Part shown: positions 1 through 13,828 of the stretch, piece by piece
Numbering within the stretch: position 1 is the first letter of the stretch
Layout of the letters: each line of letters begins with the position of its first letter
NCBI GenBank assembly: GCA_964016885.1
Contig: OZ024742.1
Coordinates: 191,890,001-191,954,000 of the forward strand
DNA: 64,000 nt
Source of the DNA: Eledone cirrhosa
Taxonomy: Eukaryota
Reading direction: 5' to 3'
Position numbers and translations under genes: made by a program
Notes under the pieces: model-generated
The model's database searches: none
The model's input: the letters and a program-made list of their open reading frames with translations, nothing else
Told to the model about the DNA's origin: nothing

Positions 1-391
1 TTGCAAAAATTCTTGTGGTCAAAACAATTTTGATTGGTCGGTAGAGGTCATGTGAATGTAAAAAATTGATTTTGCACCAAATGTAGGTTTGTGTCGGCTG
101 ACTGAGAAATGACTCTTTCACAACAAATATGTGTGTGAGTGTGTGTGTGTGTGTAGTAGTAGTAAAGTGTTCGTTGTTGTGATAATTGTCAGCAGGGATG
201 TGTGTGCGAACCGCAGCCTGTTGACAGTTCAAATGCCTGTTAAGACAAGTGTGTGTGTGTGTGTGTGTCTGTGGGTGTGTGTAGCAGAGTAATTCGTGGT
301 AGGGGGATGGTCAGTAGGAATGTGTCTGTAAGTGAGTGGGGGATATTTTAACATGTTAAAAGATATTTTTCAGCTCTTGTCTTATACGGAG

Positions 392-427
<36 letters not shown>

Positions 428-735
428 CTCTTTGTATGTTAATGCACGCGTGTGTATGTGTGTGTGTATATATATGTGTGTGTGTGTGTGTGAATGTGTG
501 TGTGTGGGTGGACCAGTATTTTTTTCCTGGTAAAATGGTGTACATTATTCGATATTTTCAGTAAAATCGATTCTCTCAATAGAACATCAAAAACCTTAAT
601 AATAAAAGATGTGAAGTGATATATAGTATTGGCATAATACCAAGGTGTGTGTGAGTGTGTGTCCAGATTGTACGTACTGAAAGGGGGATCCCTTAGGCCT
701 TGCCGTATTGGAAAACCTGTGCACAAATATGTGTC

Positions 736-1759
736 ATCGAGAAACTTAAAGAATTTCACACCCTTATAAATGGGCTCAACACGAATATTAACTTCACAAT
801 GGAATACAGCCATCAACAACTCTCCTTCCTCGACATCCTCATTAAGATCCATAACAAAAAAATTTAAACAGACATATACTACAAGCCCACAGACTCCAAG
901 CAATATATTCCTTTCAACTCTTGCCACCCTAGACACGTTAAAATTAATATTCCCTACAACTTAGCCAAGAGAATATGTACTATAGTCTCCAATAAAAACA
1001 CCTGCTACTTACGGCTACAAGAACTAAAGGACACACTCATGGGCAGGGACTACCCTGCATCACTAATTGACAATGGAATCCAATGTGCCCTAAAACTCAG
1101 TACCCAGGACTTTAGACACCCTAAAGTAAATCAACAGAAACTAAAAGTCTTCCATACATCTCCACACACAACCCTCTCAACAATGAGGCCTCTGACACCA
1201 TCCTCCAGAACATCCCTGTGTTGAAAAAGGACCATAGAATGAACCAAATGCTACGAACACACGATATCATAAAGAGCAAAAGACAATCTATGTCAATGAA
1301 AAACATCCTAACACATGCCAATGTACTGCCAACCACAACAATGAAACCCACAGTAAAAAAATGCGATAGACCCAACTGTGGCATTTGCATCAACCTAATA
1401 GAGGGTTTGGAATTCTATTTCAAAGAAGGACAACGTTTTATAGTAAAACACAATTTCACATGTGCATCGGAAATCTAATATATGTATTAACTTGCTCAGA
1501 TTGTCGAGAACAATACATAGGCCAGACTAAAAACAGCCTCCGCCAACGCATGACTGTCCATAGATCCCAAATTAAAATACGGGAATACAGGAATATACCA
1601 CTGAGTGAACACATTGATACCTGTGCCGCCCAAAATCATCCCAACTTCAGAATCTTTCACCTCTACAAATTTAAAGATAATGCCAACTATACCCAGCGCA
1701 TCAGCAAGGAATCTTACTTCATTAACAAATACGGACCCCGTCTAAACACTTCTCCCTAA
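736..1759 (+). pseudogene. Disrupted PLE RT C-terminus plus GIY-YIG endonuclease
   Basis: Manual translation across frameshifts: INFTMEYSHQQLSFLDILI..TDIYYKPTDSKQYIPFNSCHP..NIPYNLAKRICTIVS; CDRPNCGIC; NLIYVLTCSDCREQYIGQTKNSLRQRMTVH..ESYFINKY. Confidence 0.9.
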
Positions 1760-1974
1760 GACGAACCCACAACATACACACGTCAACATACATACCTACA
1801 TCAGCATACATATCTACCCACATATAAACACAATGACATACGTAAACACACATGTTCTATGGTGCAACACAAATATACACAAATTTGCATACCTTTTGAT
1901 GTCTATAGATATAAACATGCTGACACACACACATACATAAACGCACACATGCATTGCACACTGATGGGCACATA

Positions 1975-2420
1975 CATTTTTGTGCACAGGTATTCCAATA
2001 CGGCAAAGCCTAATGAATTCCCCTTGCAGTACGTGAAATCTGGACACACTCCAGATACGTATTTGTGCACAGGTATACAAATTCTGGACACACTCCAGAT
2101 ACATGTGTACAGTTTGTGCACAAGTGTACAATTTGTGCACAGGTATGCAATTTCTGGACACACTCCAGATACATATTTGTGCCCAGGTATTCCAATACGG
2201 CAAGGCCTTACAATCTGGACACACTCCAGATACATATGGTGCACAGGTATACAATTTCTGGACACACTCCAGATACATGTGTACAATTTGTGCACAGGTG
2301 TACAATTTGTGTACAGGTATACAATTTCTGGACACACTCCAGATACTTATTTGTGCACAGGTATTCCAATACAACAAGGCCTAAGGGATCCCCCTTTCAG
2401 TACGTACAATCTGGACACAC
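1975..2420 (+). repeat. Minisatellite built from tctggacacactccagatac and ttgtgcacaggt(a) modules in the PLE-A 3' UTR
   Basis: Module recurs at ~2040, 2083, 2153, 2215, 2257, 2327; it explains the repetitive ORFs at 1814-2647. Confidence 0.85.
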
Positions 2421-3194
2421 ACACACACTCACACACACCTTGGTATTATGCCAATATTATATATCATTTCACACCTTTTATTATTAAGGTTTTTGATGTT
2501 CTATTGAGAGAATCGATTTTACTGAAAATATCGAATAATGTACACCATTTTACCAGGAAAAAAATACTGGTCCATCCCTACACACACACCCACACACACA
2601 TTCTCACACACACACACATATATACACACACACATACACACGCGTAAATTAACATACAAAGATACATATTCACACACACACCCACACACTTCTCCGTATA
2701 AGACAAGAGCTGAAAAATATGTTTTAACATGTTAAAATATCCCCCACTCACTTACAGACACATTCCTACTGACCATCCCTCTACCACGAATTACTCTGCT
2801 ACACAAACACACACACACACACACTTGTCTTAACAGGCATTTGAACTGTCAACAGGCTGCGGTTCGCACACACATCCCTGCTGACAATTATCACAACAAC
2901 GAACACTTTACTACTACTACACACACACACACACTCACACACATATTTGTTGTGAAAGAGTCATTTCTCAGTCAGCCGACACAAACCTACATTTGGCGCA
3001 AAATCAATTTTTTTACATTCACATGACCTCTACCGACCAATCAAAATTGTTTTGACCACAAGAATTTTTGCAACACGAATTGGCGCAAAACTTATTTTAA
3101 TACCGCTGGAGCCACTTTTTTAACATAAAAACAGGTAGGATTCCCAAAACTAATCAGATCAGAGCAAACATCACGGACGCTCTATCTCAAAATT

Positions 3195-3232
3195 ATTTTT
3201 GAAAAGCATTAGAAATGCGCAACTGGTAAAAT
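3195..3232 (+). ncRNA. Atypical minimal hammerhead-like motif (UUGAAAA / GCAA core); second copy at 58797-58836
   Basis: attt TTGAAAA gcatt-aga-aatgc GCAA ctgg TA aaat; the 58.8 kb copy has palindromic ccgg in helix III. Confidence 0.5.
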
Positions 3233-3369
3233 CCCAAACTCAATACTAACCAATACTATTACTAATTCTCACTTATTCCTAATTAAACTATTTTTCACTG
3301 TGAACAATTTGTCAGCATTTTCTATTCCGTTTACCAATATATAATAACTTGTGTGTTACACCTCTATTC

Positions 3370-3443
<74 letters not shown>

Positions 3444-3590
3444 TGTGTGTGTGTGTAGGTAGGTAGCTAGCCAGCCAGGTAGGTACGTGTTTGTATGTAT
3501 GTATGTGTTCTTTATAACTGTTCACAGGATGAGACTCACCTCTTTGATGTGCACACCTTAATGTATACATACAGTATACACACACACACT

Positions 3591-3635
<45 letters not shown>

Positions 3636-3647
3636 GTTTGTGTGTGT

Positions 3648-3743
<96 letters not shown>

Positions 3744-4478
3744 AGAGAGAGAGAGAGAGATAGAAAGAAGAGAGAGAGAGATGTACAAAACATGTTATGT
3801 TAGTGCTACTTTGGATTAATCCGAGCTAGTCAAGTTCGCATTATGTTCAAATGAGCATATTTAGCTGATATATAATACTTATAAAAAAAACATCAATTTT
3901 AGCTTAATCTTGTCTCAATACGGAGTGAGTAAATATTCCCAACTGGAGATAAAATTCCAGAAAGCCGTGTTTGGCAATCTCCCCGGCTCAATAACCTACG
4001 TTCCTGCTCCAACATTATGAACCACGTTATTTTAGTGCTATTGCTGATGCTAATTATGATGATATATACATATATTTAGAGACAGTCCAAGTATATTTTC
4101 ACACACCCTATAACAATTTCAATTCGATTAAATGCTTCTAAATCGTTTATATATATCTATGATCGTCAATTGGGTGCCAACACGGCATCAATGCTATCCC
4201 CGAATTCAAGTAACTCAATTCATAAGCCTACTTCCGTTCCCAATCACCTACCTAGTTCCTACTGCACAAGTAATAAAGTAAAAACAATGTAATAAAGTAA
4301 ACACCTTTCAAATCCATATCAAAATAATCCCTGAATAACAATACACAACCTACACTTGTTATTCTGGACATCATCAGGTGATAGATGTCCTTGTACAATG
4401 TTTCTATTACTCTGCAGCGACCAATACGTTTTGACGTAGCTGGCGTTGTGCACACATATACACACATATTCTGTATAA

Positions 4479-4695
4479 TACAAGCGTGGGCTAAAAGGTT
4501 GATAGGCTGGTTAAGAATGAGTGATGCTAGACCTGTGAAATCTTGCATGCAATAATTTCAAATCTTCTTCTTAATAACTGCTTTGTTTATTTCCAGGGAG
4601 TATATTCAAAATATATCTCATTTGGTCAGTCCATGAGAGAATCTTGGTCAGCCTATGAACTTCGCAGCCTATGAACTTTTCGACAGACCCTAGTA
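4479..4695. mobile_element. Degenerate Tc1/mariner-like MITE
   Basis: Imperfect TIRs tacaagcgtgggctaaaaggttgataggctg and cagcctatgaacttttcgacagaccctagta, with TA at both ends. Confidence 0.5.
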
Positions 4696-5554
4696 TTTCG
4701 CTTATATATTTTGACACATCTATACATCAGAAAACTAAAGTAAAATATATTGTATCATCAGGGATCCTAAGATTCCTTTCAGTGGTTTCCTTTATCGTTC
4801 TTCAGCATTTCATTCATTAATGAGACCCCTTCTGTGATTATTTATTTATTTATTTATCTATTTATTGGTTAGTTTATTCATATATTTTCTTCCATGAATT
4901 CATTTAAGTTCGATGCAGATTGTGCAAGTGCAAATCTGTTTTCTGTTGATTTCTGTTCTTCCTTTGACATGAATGAATATTTAGACCCATGTTACGTAAT
5001 ATATACACACAAAGCCAAATTCACGCACACATGCATATTTGCATATACGGACGTATGTATTTACATGCGTGTATGAATGTATGCATACATATATAACTGA
5101 ATACATGCATGCATATATGTATGAATGTATGTGTACATGCAGTCAAGCATTTATGTATGTATGTGTACATGCATACAAGTATTTATTTATGTATGTATGC
5201 ATGTACATATGAATGTATGTATGAATGCATGACTAAGGGATCCATTTCTGCATACATTCTGTGTCAATGCATGTGTGGGAAAAGATATCATTTCGCTTTT
5301 CCGCGGTGTCAAAGGTATTTTACTGCTTCAGAATTAAGATTAAGACAACAGGGTGTAATTTCATACGCCACAAACACATTGCTCAAAATGCGGTGACCAA
5401 TTCCCTTTAATAGTAAGCAATACAGCCTTATAAATATACAGCCTTATAAACAACAACATTAATGATAATAATAATACTTCTATCAGTTTCATACAGAAGC
5501 AATAATAAAAACAAATGCTAAGGGAAGAAAAGTCCAAACCAAAATAAATGGGGT

Positions 5555-5987
<433 letters not shown>

Positions 5988-6588
5988 ATTTGGAAGGAAG
6001 ATTTGTGAGAGCTATCGATACAGGAATATGAGGAATATAACTAAACGAATGCTTTGTAAAGTTGACACTACAGGTTACACCACAAACAGAATTACCATAA
6101 AGAAAGTCTCTACCAGAACAAAACCATACAACTATTACCACTAGCACCACCGTCACTACATCTACCATCATCCTCAAAAACAACATACTTTAAATATCGC
6201 TTGAGCCAAATGTCATGGGGTACTGTGTTTATGTGACTGGTGGTGGTGGTTACTGCTATTGTGGTGTGTAAAAATAAGGGAAATTTCATTGTATATACGT
6301 AAATATCGATATATGTGTGTGTATGCATGTGTGTTCCTGCATATATATTGAGAGACAACATAGCAAACGCTAGAGAACAATGAAGAAATATATTATTCTA
6401 ATGCTTGATATAATTGGAAAAGTATCTTAAAGATTCGGACACGAACTTAGGTGAGTTGAAATACAGCAATATAAAAGCAAGGAACATTTCAAAGTTGCAT
6501 GTGATTTTATTAAAATACACAGCGTGATATGTAAAAGACAATTCATAGATTCATCCAATCGGTAAATTTCAAATTACAGTAGTTTTAC

Positions 6589-6638
<50 letters not shown>

Positions 6639-6829
6639 GTATACATAGATTTTTGTGATATATATATATATATGTGTATATATAATATATGTATATGTAT
6701 ATGTATATATAATATAAATAAATATATATTTATGATGTATATATATATATATATATGTATATATAATATATATAAATATATATTTATCAACTAGAAATTG
6801 ATTGACATATATATATAAATATATATATA

Positions 6830-6977
6830 TATAAAATAAACATATGAAACAATCACAGGGAATAATTTGTAAAGTGTATAAGCACATACAGCTAGGTAGG
6901 TAACTAATTAAAGTTTAACTAGAACTTCAAGTGCTTACACACTTTACAAATTATTCACTGTGATTGTTTCATATGTT

Positions 6978-6990
<13 letters not shown>
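6830..6990. repeat. Small fold-back element (~55-bp arms) embedded in (TA)n
   Basis: ataaaataaacatatgaaacaatcacag.gaataatttgtaaagtgt mirrored by acactttacaaattattc.ctgtgattgtttcatatgtttattttat. Confidence 0.8.
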
Positions 6991-7024
<34 letters not shown>

Positions 7025-7034
7025 AAAATGTATG

Positions 7035-7130
7035 ACCCCGACGGCAGAGCTCAAGCCGTTTCGACGGCTATTTCTGGACTAAATTTGAATTTTTAGCCTG
7101 GTAAATAAATAGCCGAACTTTTCAAGGAGT
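7035..7130 (-). ncRNA. Type I hammerhead ribozyme, U3-A8 core variant, long helix II, GUC cleavage triplet
   Basis: Minus strand: actcc TTGAAAA g..cggctattt...aaatagccg.c GAAA cggc-ttgagctct-gccg TC ggggt. Confidence 0.75.
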
Positions 7131-7939
7131 GCTTCCTTATATGGGAAGATTGTTGTTGTCAAGAAGATTGGTCAAAATGTTTTGTAAACACAATTATGTC
7201 TATCATGGCAGTGGGGGGGGGGGGGGGCTGAACTTACCTGTAAAGCAATGAGGGAGTGGGTGGAGCCGGTCAAGCGTTGAAAGTGAAATCTATACACCAA
7301 ATTCTAAGGATTGTGTATGAAAGTAGGCCAGAGGAAGTAGGCGAAAAAGGGTTCTGGAGGAAATAGAGGAGGGACGTTATAGAATAGGTAAATCAATTGA
7401 GATTTGGAGACAATAAAAAAATAAGAGAAAGATATATAAAAATATAAAATTGGATAGTAGGAAGTGATAAAAAACAAAAACAAAGACTGTGGAGTCTAAA
7501 ACAGTTGCTATATTTAGTTGGTGTTGCTTTTTCGGCCAATGCTATAGAATAGGTTGATAAGTTGAGAATAGAAGATACTAAATAAGAATTTTTGAAATTA
7601 TAGAATTGTGTAGTAAAAAGAAATACAAATCACTGGGGTCTAACACGTCTGCTATGATTAGTTAGTATTAATATTTCGGCCAATACTATCTTTAATTTAC
7701 TGGGGGTACTGAGGCTACAGAGTCCCGATGCGCTGCTTCGGGTAAGGCGAAAGAGGAAAAAAGAAAGTGGAAGAATATCGGGAGTGGAAGGAAGTGATAG
7801 GAGGAGACAAAAGGAAGGAGAAAACAGAGAGGAAAAGAAGAGGTACATCTACCTATGTAGGTACATCTACTTAATGTACGCTGGGTTTCCTCTATCTTAT
7901 TCGGCAAGTGGGATGTTTCAGCCATTTTCTACCTACCCG

Positions 7940-8367
7940 GGTCTTTAGGGGGTTTGAGGGCAAGGTAAGTCCTATGCAATCGGTGTTTGCATGCAGTTAC
8001 CAGTTCTCTTTTTTGTTTAGGAGTTGGTCCTTCGTAAACAGCATTTGTAATGTTTCCACCGCGCATAAGTTACACGGGCGGTGTCCTCCGTGTAGGAGTT
8101 AGCTCTGGACAGTAAGCTCCAAGTAAGATTTTATGTTATGTTATTATCTTGGAGGTCCCAGATGTGGCCCGAAAGTGTAGTGGCATGTCGCCGGACCGGA
8201 TTTCGGAACGTATGTCGGTGTTGGTAGAGCCGGGTCTTAAAGTCACAAACGGTTAATTCTATATAAGCTTTGTTGGAGGTGTCCGTCCTCACGTTGGACT
8301 GGTAGATTACGTTACGTTCTCGGCATCTGTTGTTGAGGGGGCACGTAGATCTAATAGGGCAGTTACA
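7940..8367 (-). pseudogene. PLE GIY-YIG endonuclease with upstream Cys motif, disrupted
   Basis: Manual translation: CNCPIRSTCPLNNRCRERNVIYQSNV..KAYIELT..FKTRLYQHRHTF..TTLSGHIWDLQD..CNLC; colinear with the C-terminus of the 40160 ORF. Confidence 0.85.
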
Positions 8368-8628
8368 CCTCCTGGTCGGCTCTCCACTAATTGTCTAGGT
8401 TGTTTCTTCCATGGGGGTTGAGTTTATTATTGTTTGAGGAGACGATGTTTTGTGCGAAGTTGGGTGTGGTGCTGTAGGAGAGTTTGATAGTGTTTTTGTT
8501 GATTATGTTGCGGTAGCGGTGGTGGGAAGTGTTTTAACGAAGGAGTTGTGATAAGGAACCAGATGGACCATAACGCACCAGAGTACTCAATAGTTAGGGT
8601 AGTAGAGTGGGTAATAGGAACATGTATG

Positions 8629-8724
8629 ACCCCGACGGCAGAGCTCAAGCCGTTTCGACGGCTATTTCTGGACTAAATTAGAATGTTTAGCCTGGTAAAT
8701 AAATAGCCAAACTTTTCAAGGGGT
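8629..8724 (-). ncRNA. Type I hammerhead ribozyme, U3-A8 variant (second pLTR copy)
   Basis: acccc TTGAAAA ... GAAA cggc..gccg TC ggggt; helix I acccc/ggggt is perfect. Confidence 0.75.
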
Positions 8725-8912
8725 ACTTCCTTATATGGGAAGATTGTTGTTGTCAAGAGGATTGGTAATCAGAAGATGAAACAATATATTATTAAATATT
8801 TACCGTAAGCAGACATGTAACAATTCCTTAAAAAAATATTTACTTTCCACAGTCAAAATTCATATATACGATATATTTCAACTTACATAAATATTTAAAT
8901 ATTATATTAGTA

Positions 8913-9793
8913 ATCTACTTATATATATAACCAGCAATTTCTCTGTCTGTCTGTCCGACAGTGGCAACACGTGCGCAGAGAGAGAGAGTGAGAGTGAAAG
9001 AAAGAGACATACTACGAGAGGGGGATAGCGGGAGGGAGAGAGGGAGAGAGAGAGAGAGAATAGACACTAAAACACGTGCTACAGAAACATTACCTTCCCC
9101 TCTCCACTGACTTTGGTCACTGAGGCCGAGGGAATCGCGCTGAGCGCGTCATAATGACGTAATGCAGACAGCCAGACATACAGACAGATATTATAAGGGC
9201 GCAACGTTGTATCTATGTATCTATCTAAAAAGAAAGACTAAGAATTATATAGAGAGAACGCTAAATCGCCTAATGCGGTCCCTAGGGCATTGAACATTTG
9301 AAATAATGTTTGCTCAAAACACTCACAGGACCATAAGTATTACATGTCTAAAGTTTGAAAACAATCGGTTGGATGGTTCTCAAGTTTTAGTGAGCTGACA
9401 GACAGACAGACATTCTCTGTTTTAGATATATAGACTAGCAGAAAACCGCCCCCCGATTGGTTTTCTGCTAGTCTATATATATAAAACTGAGGATGTCTGT
9501 ATGTGTGTGAGTTTGAATCCCTAAAACTAGAGAACCACCCAACCGACTGTTTTCAAACTTTACACATGTAATTCTTATGGTTCAGGGAGTGTTCTGAGCA
9601 AAAACAATTTCAAATTTTCAATGCCCTAGGGACTACATTAGTGGATTTAGCGATCTCTCTCTCTATAATTCTTACTCTTTCTCTTTTTAGATAGATACAT
9701 ACATATAACGTCGCGCCCTTATAATATCTGTCTGTATGTCTGACTGTCTGCCTTATGTCACTTCCCTGGGAATGTGTGTGTGTGTGTGTATGT

Positions 9794-9836
<43 letters not shown>

Positions 9837-10005
9837 TGTGTGTGTGTGTGTATATGTCTGTGCGTTTGAATCCCTAAAACTCGAGAAGTACTCAACCTAT
9901 TTTTTTCAAACTTTACATGTGTATTACTTATGTTTCAGGGAGTGTTATGCACATAAAATCCAACGTTTTGATTTCCTAGGGTCCGCATTAGGTGAAAAAC
10001 TTTTT
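8913..10005. mobile_element. Non-autonomous Helitron-like cluster; head-to-head pair (~9160-9447 vs ~9459-9750)
   Basis: TCTATATATATAAAA..gtctgt starts, (GTCT)n subterminal repeats, ctgCTAG ends; central palindrome tagactagcagaaaacc...ggttttctgctagtcta. Confidence 0.55.
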
Positions 10006-10064
10006 TTTTTTTTCAGGTTTTTATGGCTTTGTAAAGATATTTTCCATTTATTAATATTGTTAAT

Positions 10065-10225
10065 AATTGTTTCTACTTTTGGCACACGGCGAGCAATTAC
10101 CCAGTACATTACTGGTACTTTATTATATCGAACCCGTAAGGATGAAAGGCAAATTTAACCTCGGCGGGATTTGAACTCAGACTGTAAAGGGACGTAACCA
10201 TGCTGGAAAGCATGGCGTCTGACTC
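10065..10225 (-). mobile_element. tRNA-derived SINE family 1
   Basis: B-box gagttcaaatcccgcc and body tttgcctttcatccttacggg..gataataaagtaccagtaatgtactggg shared with other copies. Confidence 0.8.
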
Positions 10226-10310
10226 TCTATAATGATAAATTTGTAGAGTGCTTCTAATCTGTTGTAAAATTAACTTTGTTGAATAATCAACAAACCATAT
10301 AACTCATTGT

Positions 10311-10362
<52 letters not shown>

Positions 10363-10527
10363 CGATGATTTATATAGAAAAGGTTTTAAAGGACAAGAAG
10401 TGTTTCATTCATTAGAATTTCCTCGTCCTGTAGAACTCTGTTCTCTATTATAACTTTCTTGTTCTCATTCTACTTATGTACTGAGTGTCTTATTTATTGT
10501 GACTACCCGCCTATTCTGCTCGGGATC

Positions 10528-10705
<178 letters not shown>

Positions 10706-11544
10706 TATACATATATATTAAACATTTGAGAAGCCATATTGAGCTTTAATACTTGGTGGTTGTTCCTAATTAAACTGTGGAATGTTCATGGCATCAGATA
10801 TTATTTATTATTGCACATTTTATCTGGACTAAAAACGTCTCGTTTCCCTCCAATCTAATGATTATTCAATATATAGCAATATAAATATTCATACATAAAT
10901 CAGGTCTTAAACCTCACACAAAACCTCAATAAATTTATTAATTTTAATTATTGATATAAAAGTGCTGACCTAAGTGTAATGTTAGACACTTATCAACACA
11001 TACATATACACACAAACACATGTATATGTGCCATATACTGTTGAACTCTTAACTGTTGAGTCATCACCAATATTTGCAGACATGGCTGTGAGCACATATT
11101 CACGTATCTGTATACAGATGTGTGAGAAAACCCAAGCACGTACATCATAAATGATGATTCTCTACACATATATTTCCATAAAACAAGCACTTTAGTAAAC
11201 GATTTTTAACTACTAAGCCACACATAGTTACATACACATTTACACAAATGTATGCCGTCATCGTTCACATGCTTATTTGAATACATATAATATCAAACAT
11301 CAAACACACATATCATACTGCATTAAAGACACTACATAACCATGCCCAAAGACATTCATATACACACACACTCATGGGTACATACATCTACGTTCACCTT
11401 CTCTTACTCATCAGAAAACATTCTCCTATTAAATAAAAGCACTAACCGATTTTAAACACTTACACACACATACATACACATACGCCATTGTACACTCACA
11501 TTTACGCGCACATTCCAATAGACACATTAATATAAATCGCAAAC

Positions 11545-11592
<48 letters not shown>

Positions 11593-12041
11593 AGTGTGTG
11601 TATGCGTGAGTTTGTCTGGGTGTGTGTGTGTGTGTGCGTGAGTGAGTGTATAATTTACAATACGTATATACACACAGTTAATCCTACACACACGCAGATA
11701 CTTTACATACTCAGCCGCACGTGCACATAAATCATGAGAATTCCCTAACCACATACAGACACATACACACACACGTAAACGCAGACATGCACACACTCAA
11801 ATATGCATATAAACATCACTATATCCCGCCAAAAACAGTATGGAGGCTGGAGATTTTACCAGAAATTGCAAAGCAAGTGCAATTTACCTTAAAAGCATTT
11901 CCGGTGTCGAATATGTGTGCGCATGCGATGTGTCTAGATCATTAACCATGACTGCCGCAATCTGATCAGGTTTTGTTCTTTAGTGAACGCCATCTTGGAA
12001 AATCTTTCATAATAAATAACCAACCCTCTTCCCAACAAACA

Positions 12042-12088
<47 letters not shown>

Positions 12089-12902
12089 AAAAAAAAATAA
12101 AAAAAAAATAAATAAATAATAAAAAAATAAAAGAAACATCACTTTTTCAGCTGTCGTTGTTGTTGTCGTTGTTGTTGTTGTTCTGGTTGTGTTGTTGCTA
12201 TCACTATTGTTTATGTATATTTTTTGTTTTGTTGTTTTGTTGTTTTTAACACTGCTTATTTTACGAAATTGATTTTAGTAAAAAGATTTTGTATGAGCTG
12301 AATAAAAATTTAGTAAGGAAAACCATTTTGTAGTTGTTACACTGGTTGTTGCTATTGCTGATGGAGGTAGTGAGGGTGGGATGGTTGTGTGGGTGATGGG
12401 TGGGTTGACTGTGGTTATTGTTCTTTATTTTTCAATATCTGCGTCGTTCGAGAGAGTGTTTTTCTGGTTTGTGCTTTCAAAAATCTGTCAGATTGCGGTG
12501 TTGCATTCAGCGTAATGGCGTCTGTTGGGTTTTTATGTCAGTATATGGAGTTATATTTAGTGTCTTTGTTGTGTCTGTGAGTGTGTGTGTGTTGTTATAG
12601 CTCTATATGGTGCTACACATGCGTAAAGTGCATACATGTTGATACGGGTATGATGTGATTTGATGTGCTTGTGTGTTTTACTTTTTCTTAGTTGTAATTG
12701 CGTGCGATATATATGATAAATGCTGTATGCATATATCTGAGGTATTATAAACTAGTGTTGTTTCGTATAGGTTTTTATATAATTTTATATAATTATAAAC
12801 GCATGTGACACTCTGCACTGATAATATAGGAATATATGTGTTTGAGTGCATGTGTACGAATATTTACAATCTTTCATTTTATACACACACACACACACGC
12901 AC

Positions 12903-12991
<89 letters not shown>

Positions 12992-12993
12992 TG

Positions 12994-13024
<31 letters not shown>

Positions 13025-13828
13025 TATAAGGAGTCGGGACCCAGCGAGTGAGCTCTTAGTTTCAGCAGTTAGTTCCAGAATCTTTATAATATAACCACAT
13101 TCTACTATCCCAAATATCGAGTATTCTTTTGAGTAATTGTCTAACCAATTTCAAACTGATTCCATCCTGGTTTATATATATATATTTATGAGTGTGTGTG
13201 AGGGGGGGGGGGGGTGCATCTCTATATTTGTATCATTCCATACGATCGTTCCAGTATTAAATAATATTCAACAGATGCATGTTTATAAACATAACTTCAT
13301 ACTCATATAGGCGTGCTTATACGCCTATGTGTGCTTGTGGCTGATGATGCATTTGTTTCCGACTGAAATCTGGTTTCTGCAGAAAGCAACATGATTACGT
13401 TCGGTATAAATACCCATTCCTAATTTACTGGGAGAGTGGAAGATCATCTGTTTTCATATTCCGGTGTTGATTCAGTGAATGTAAGAAAGTTCTCATTAAA
13501 ATTTGGAATGTCTGCTTCTCAAGTCGATCACTGTCAATAATAGTTCAGAAAATCGTGGGAACACCATTACGGACAGCATATGATTCTGTCCGCTTTTTGG
13601 GATTCCAGTTGTACTTTATTCAGTTTTCTCAACTATTATTGATAGTGAATGATCCTCATTATCATCATTTGCGTTTGGACGTACGCATTACATATTTCAT
13701 ATATTCTAAATGCTTCTTAAGTCGACCGATTTGTTTATGTTCCTAGCTACCTGTCTTATTGGTTTGCTGAAATTAGTTAAGTTTTAAATTGGTGATTCAC
13801 AGCATGTAACGCTGTAGCATTATAATTT

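Larger units (their letters stand above)
1..3350 (+). mobile_element. Penelope-like element A: 5'-truncated RT/GIY-YIG core with an inverted copy of its 3' region (1-731 is the reverse complement of ~2346-3073); the left arm probably runs off the window
   Basis: ttgcaaaaattcttgtggtc at 1 mirrors gaccacaagaatttttgcaa at 3054-3073; gggggatcccttaggcc (~683) mirrors ggcctaagggatccccc (~2378); PLE coding remnant between the arms; (TA)n follows at ~3375. Confidence 0.88.
7021..8767 (-). mobile_element. Penelope-like element B: GIY-YIG remnant between ~150-bp direct repeats (pLTRs, 7021-7172 and 8615-8765), each carrying an HHR
   Basis: Direct repeat taggaa.atgtatgaccccgacggcagagctc...gtcaaga.gattggt; abuts a (TA)n run at 7021. 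Confidence 0.85.

Noticed and set aside
1814-2647. Long repetitive ORFs (SGHTPDT repeats) in several frames
   Set aside because: Minisatellite in a PLE 3' UTR that is open on both strands; no sign of a real protein
4686-4766. Minus-strand gatcc-CTGATGA...GAAA-tac-TA-gggtc hammerhead-like match
   Set aside because: The 3' part is the mariner-like TIR, helix III cannot form and helix II is unpaired at its base; likely chance
13337-13380. CTGATGA...GAAA spacing like an HHR
   Set aside because: No convincing helix II or III
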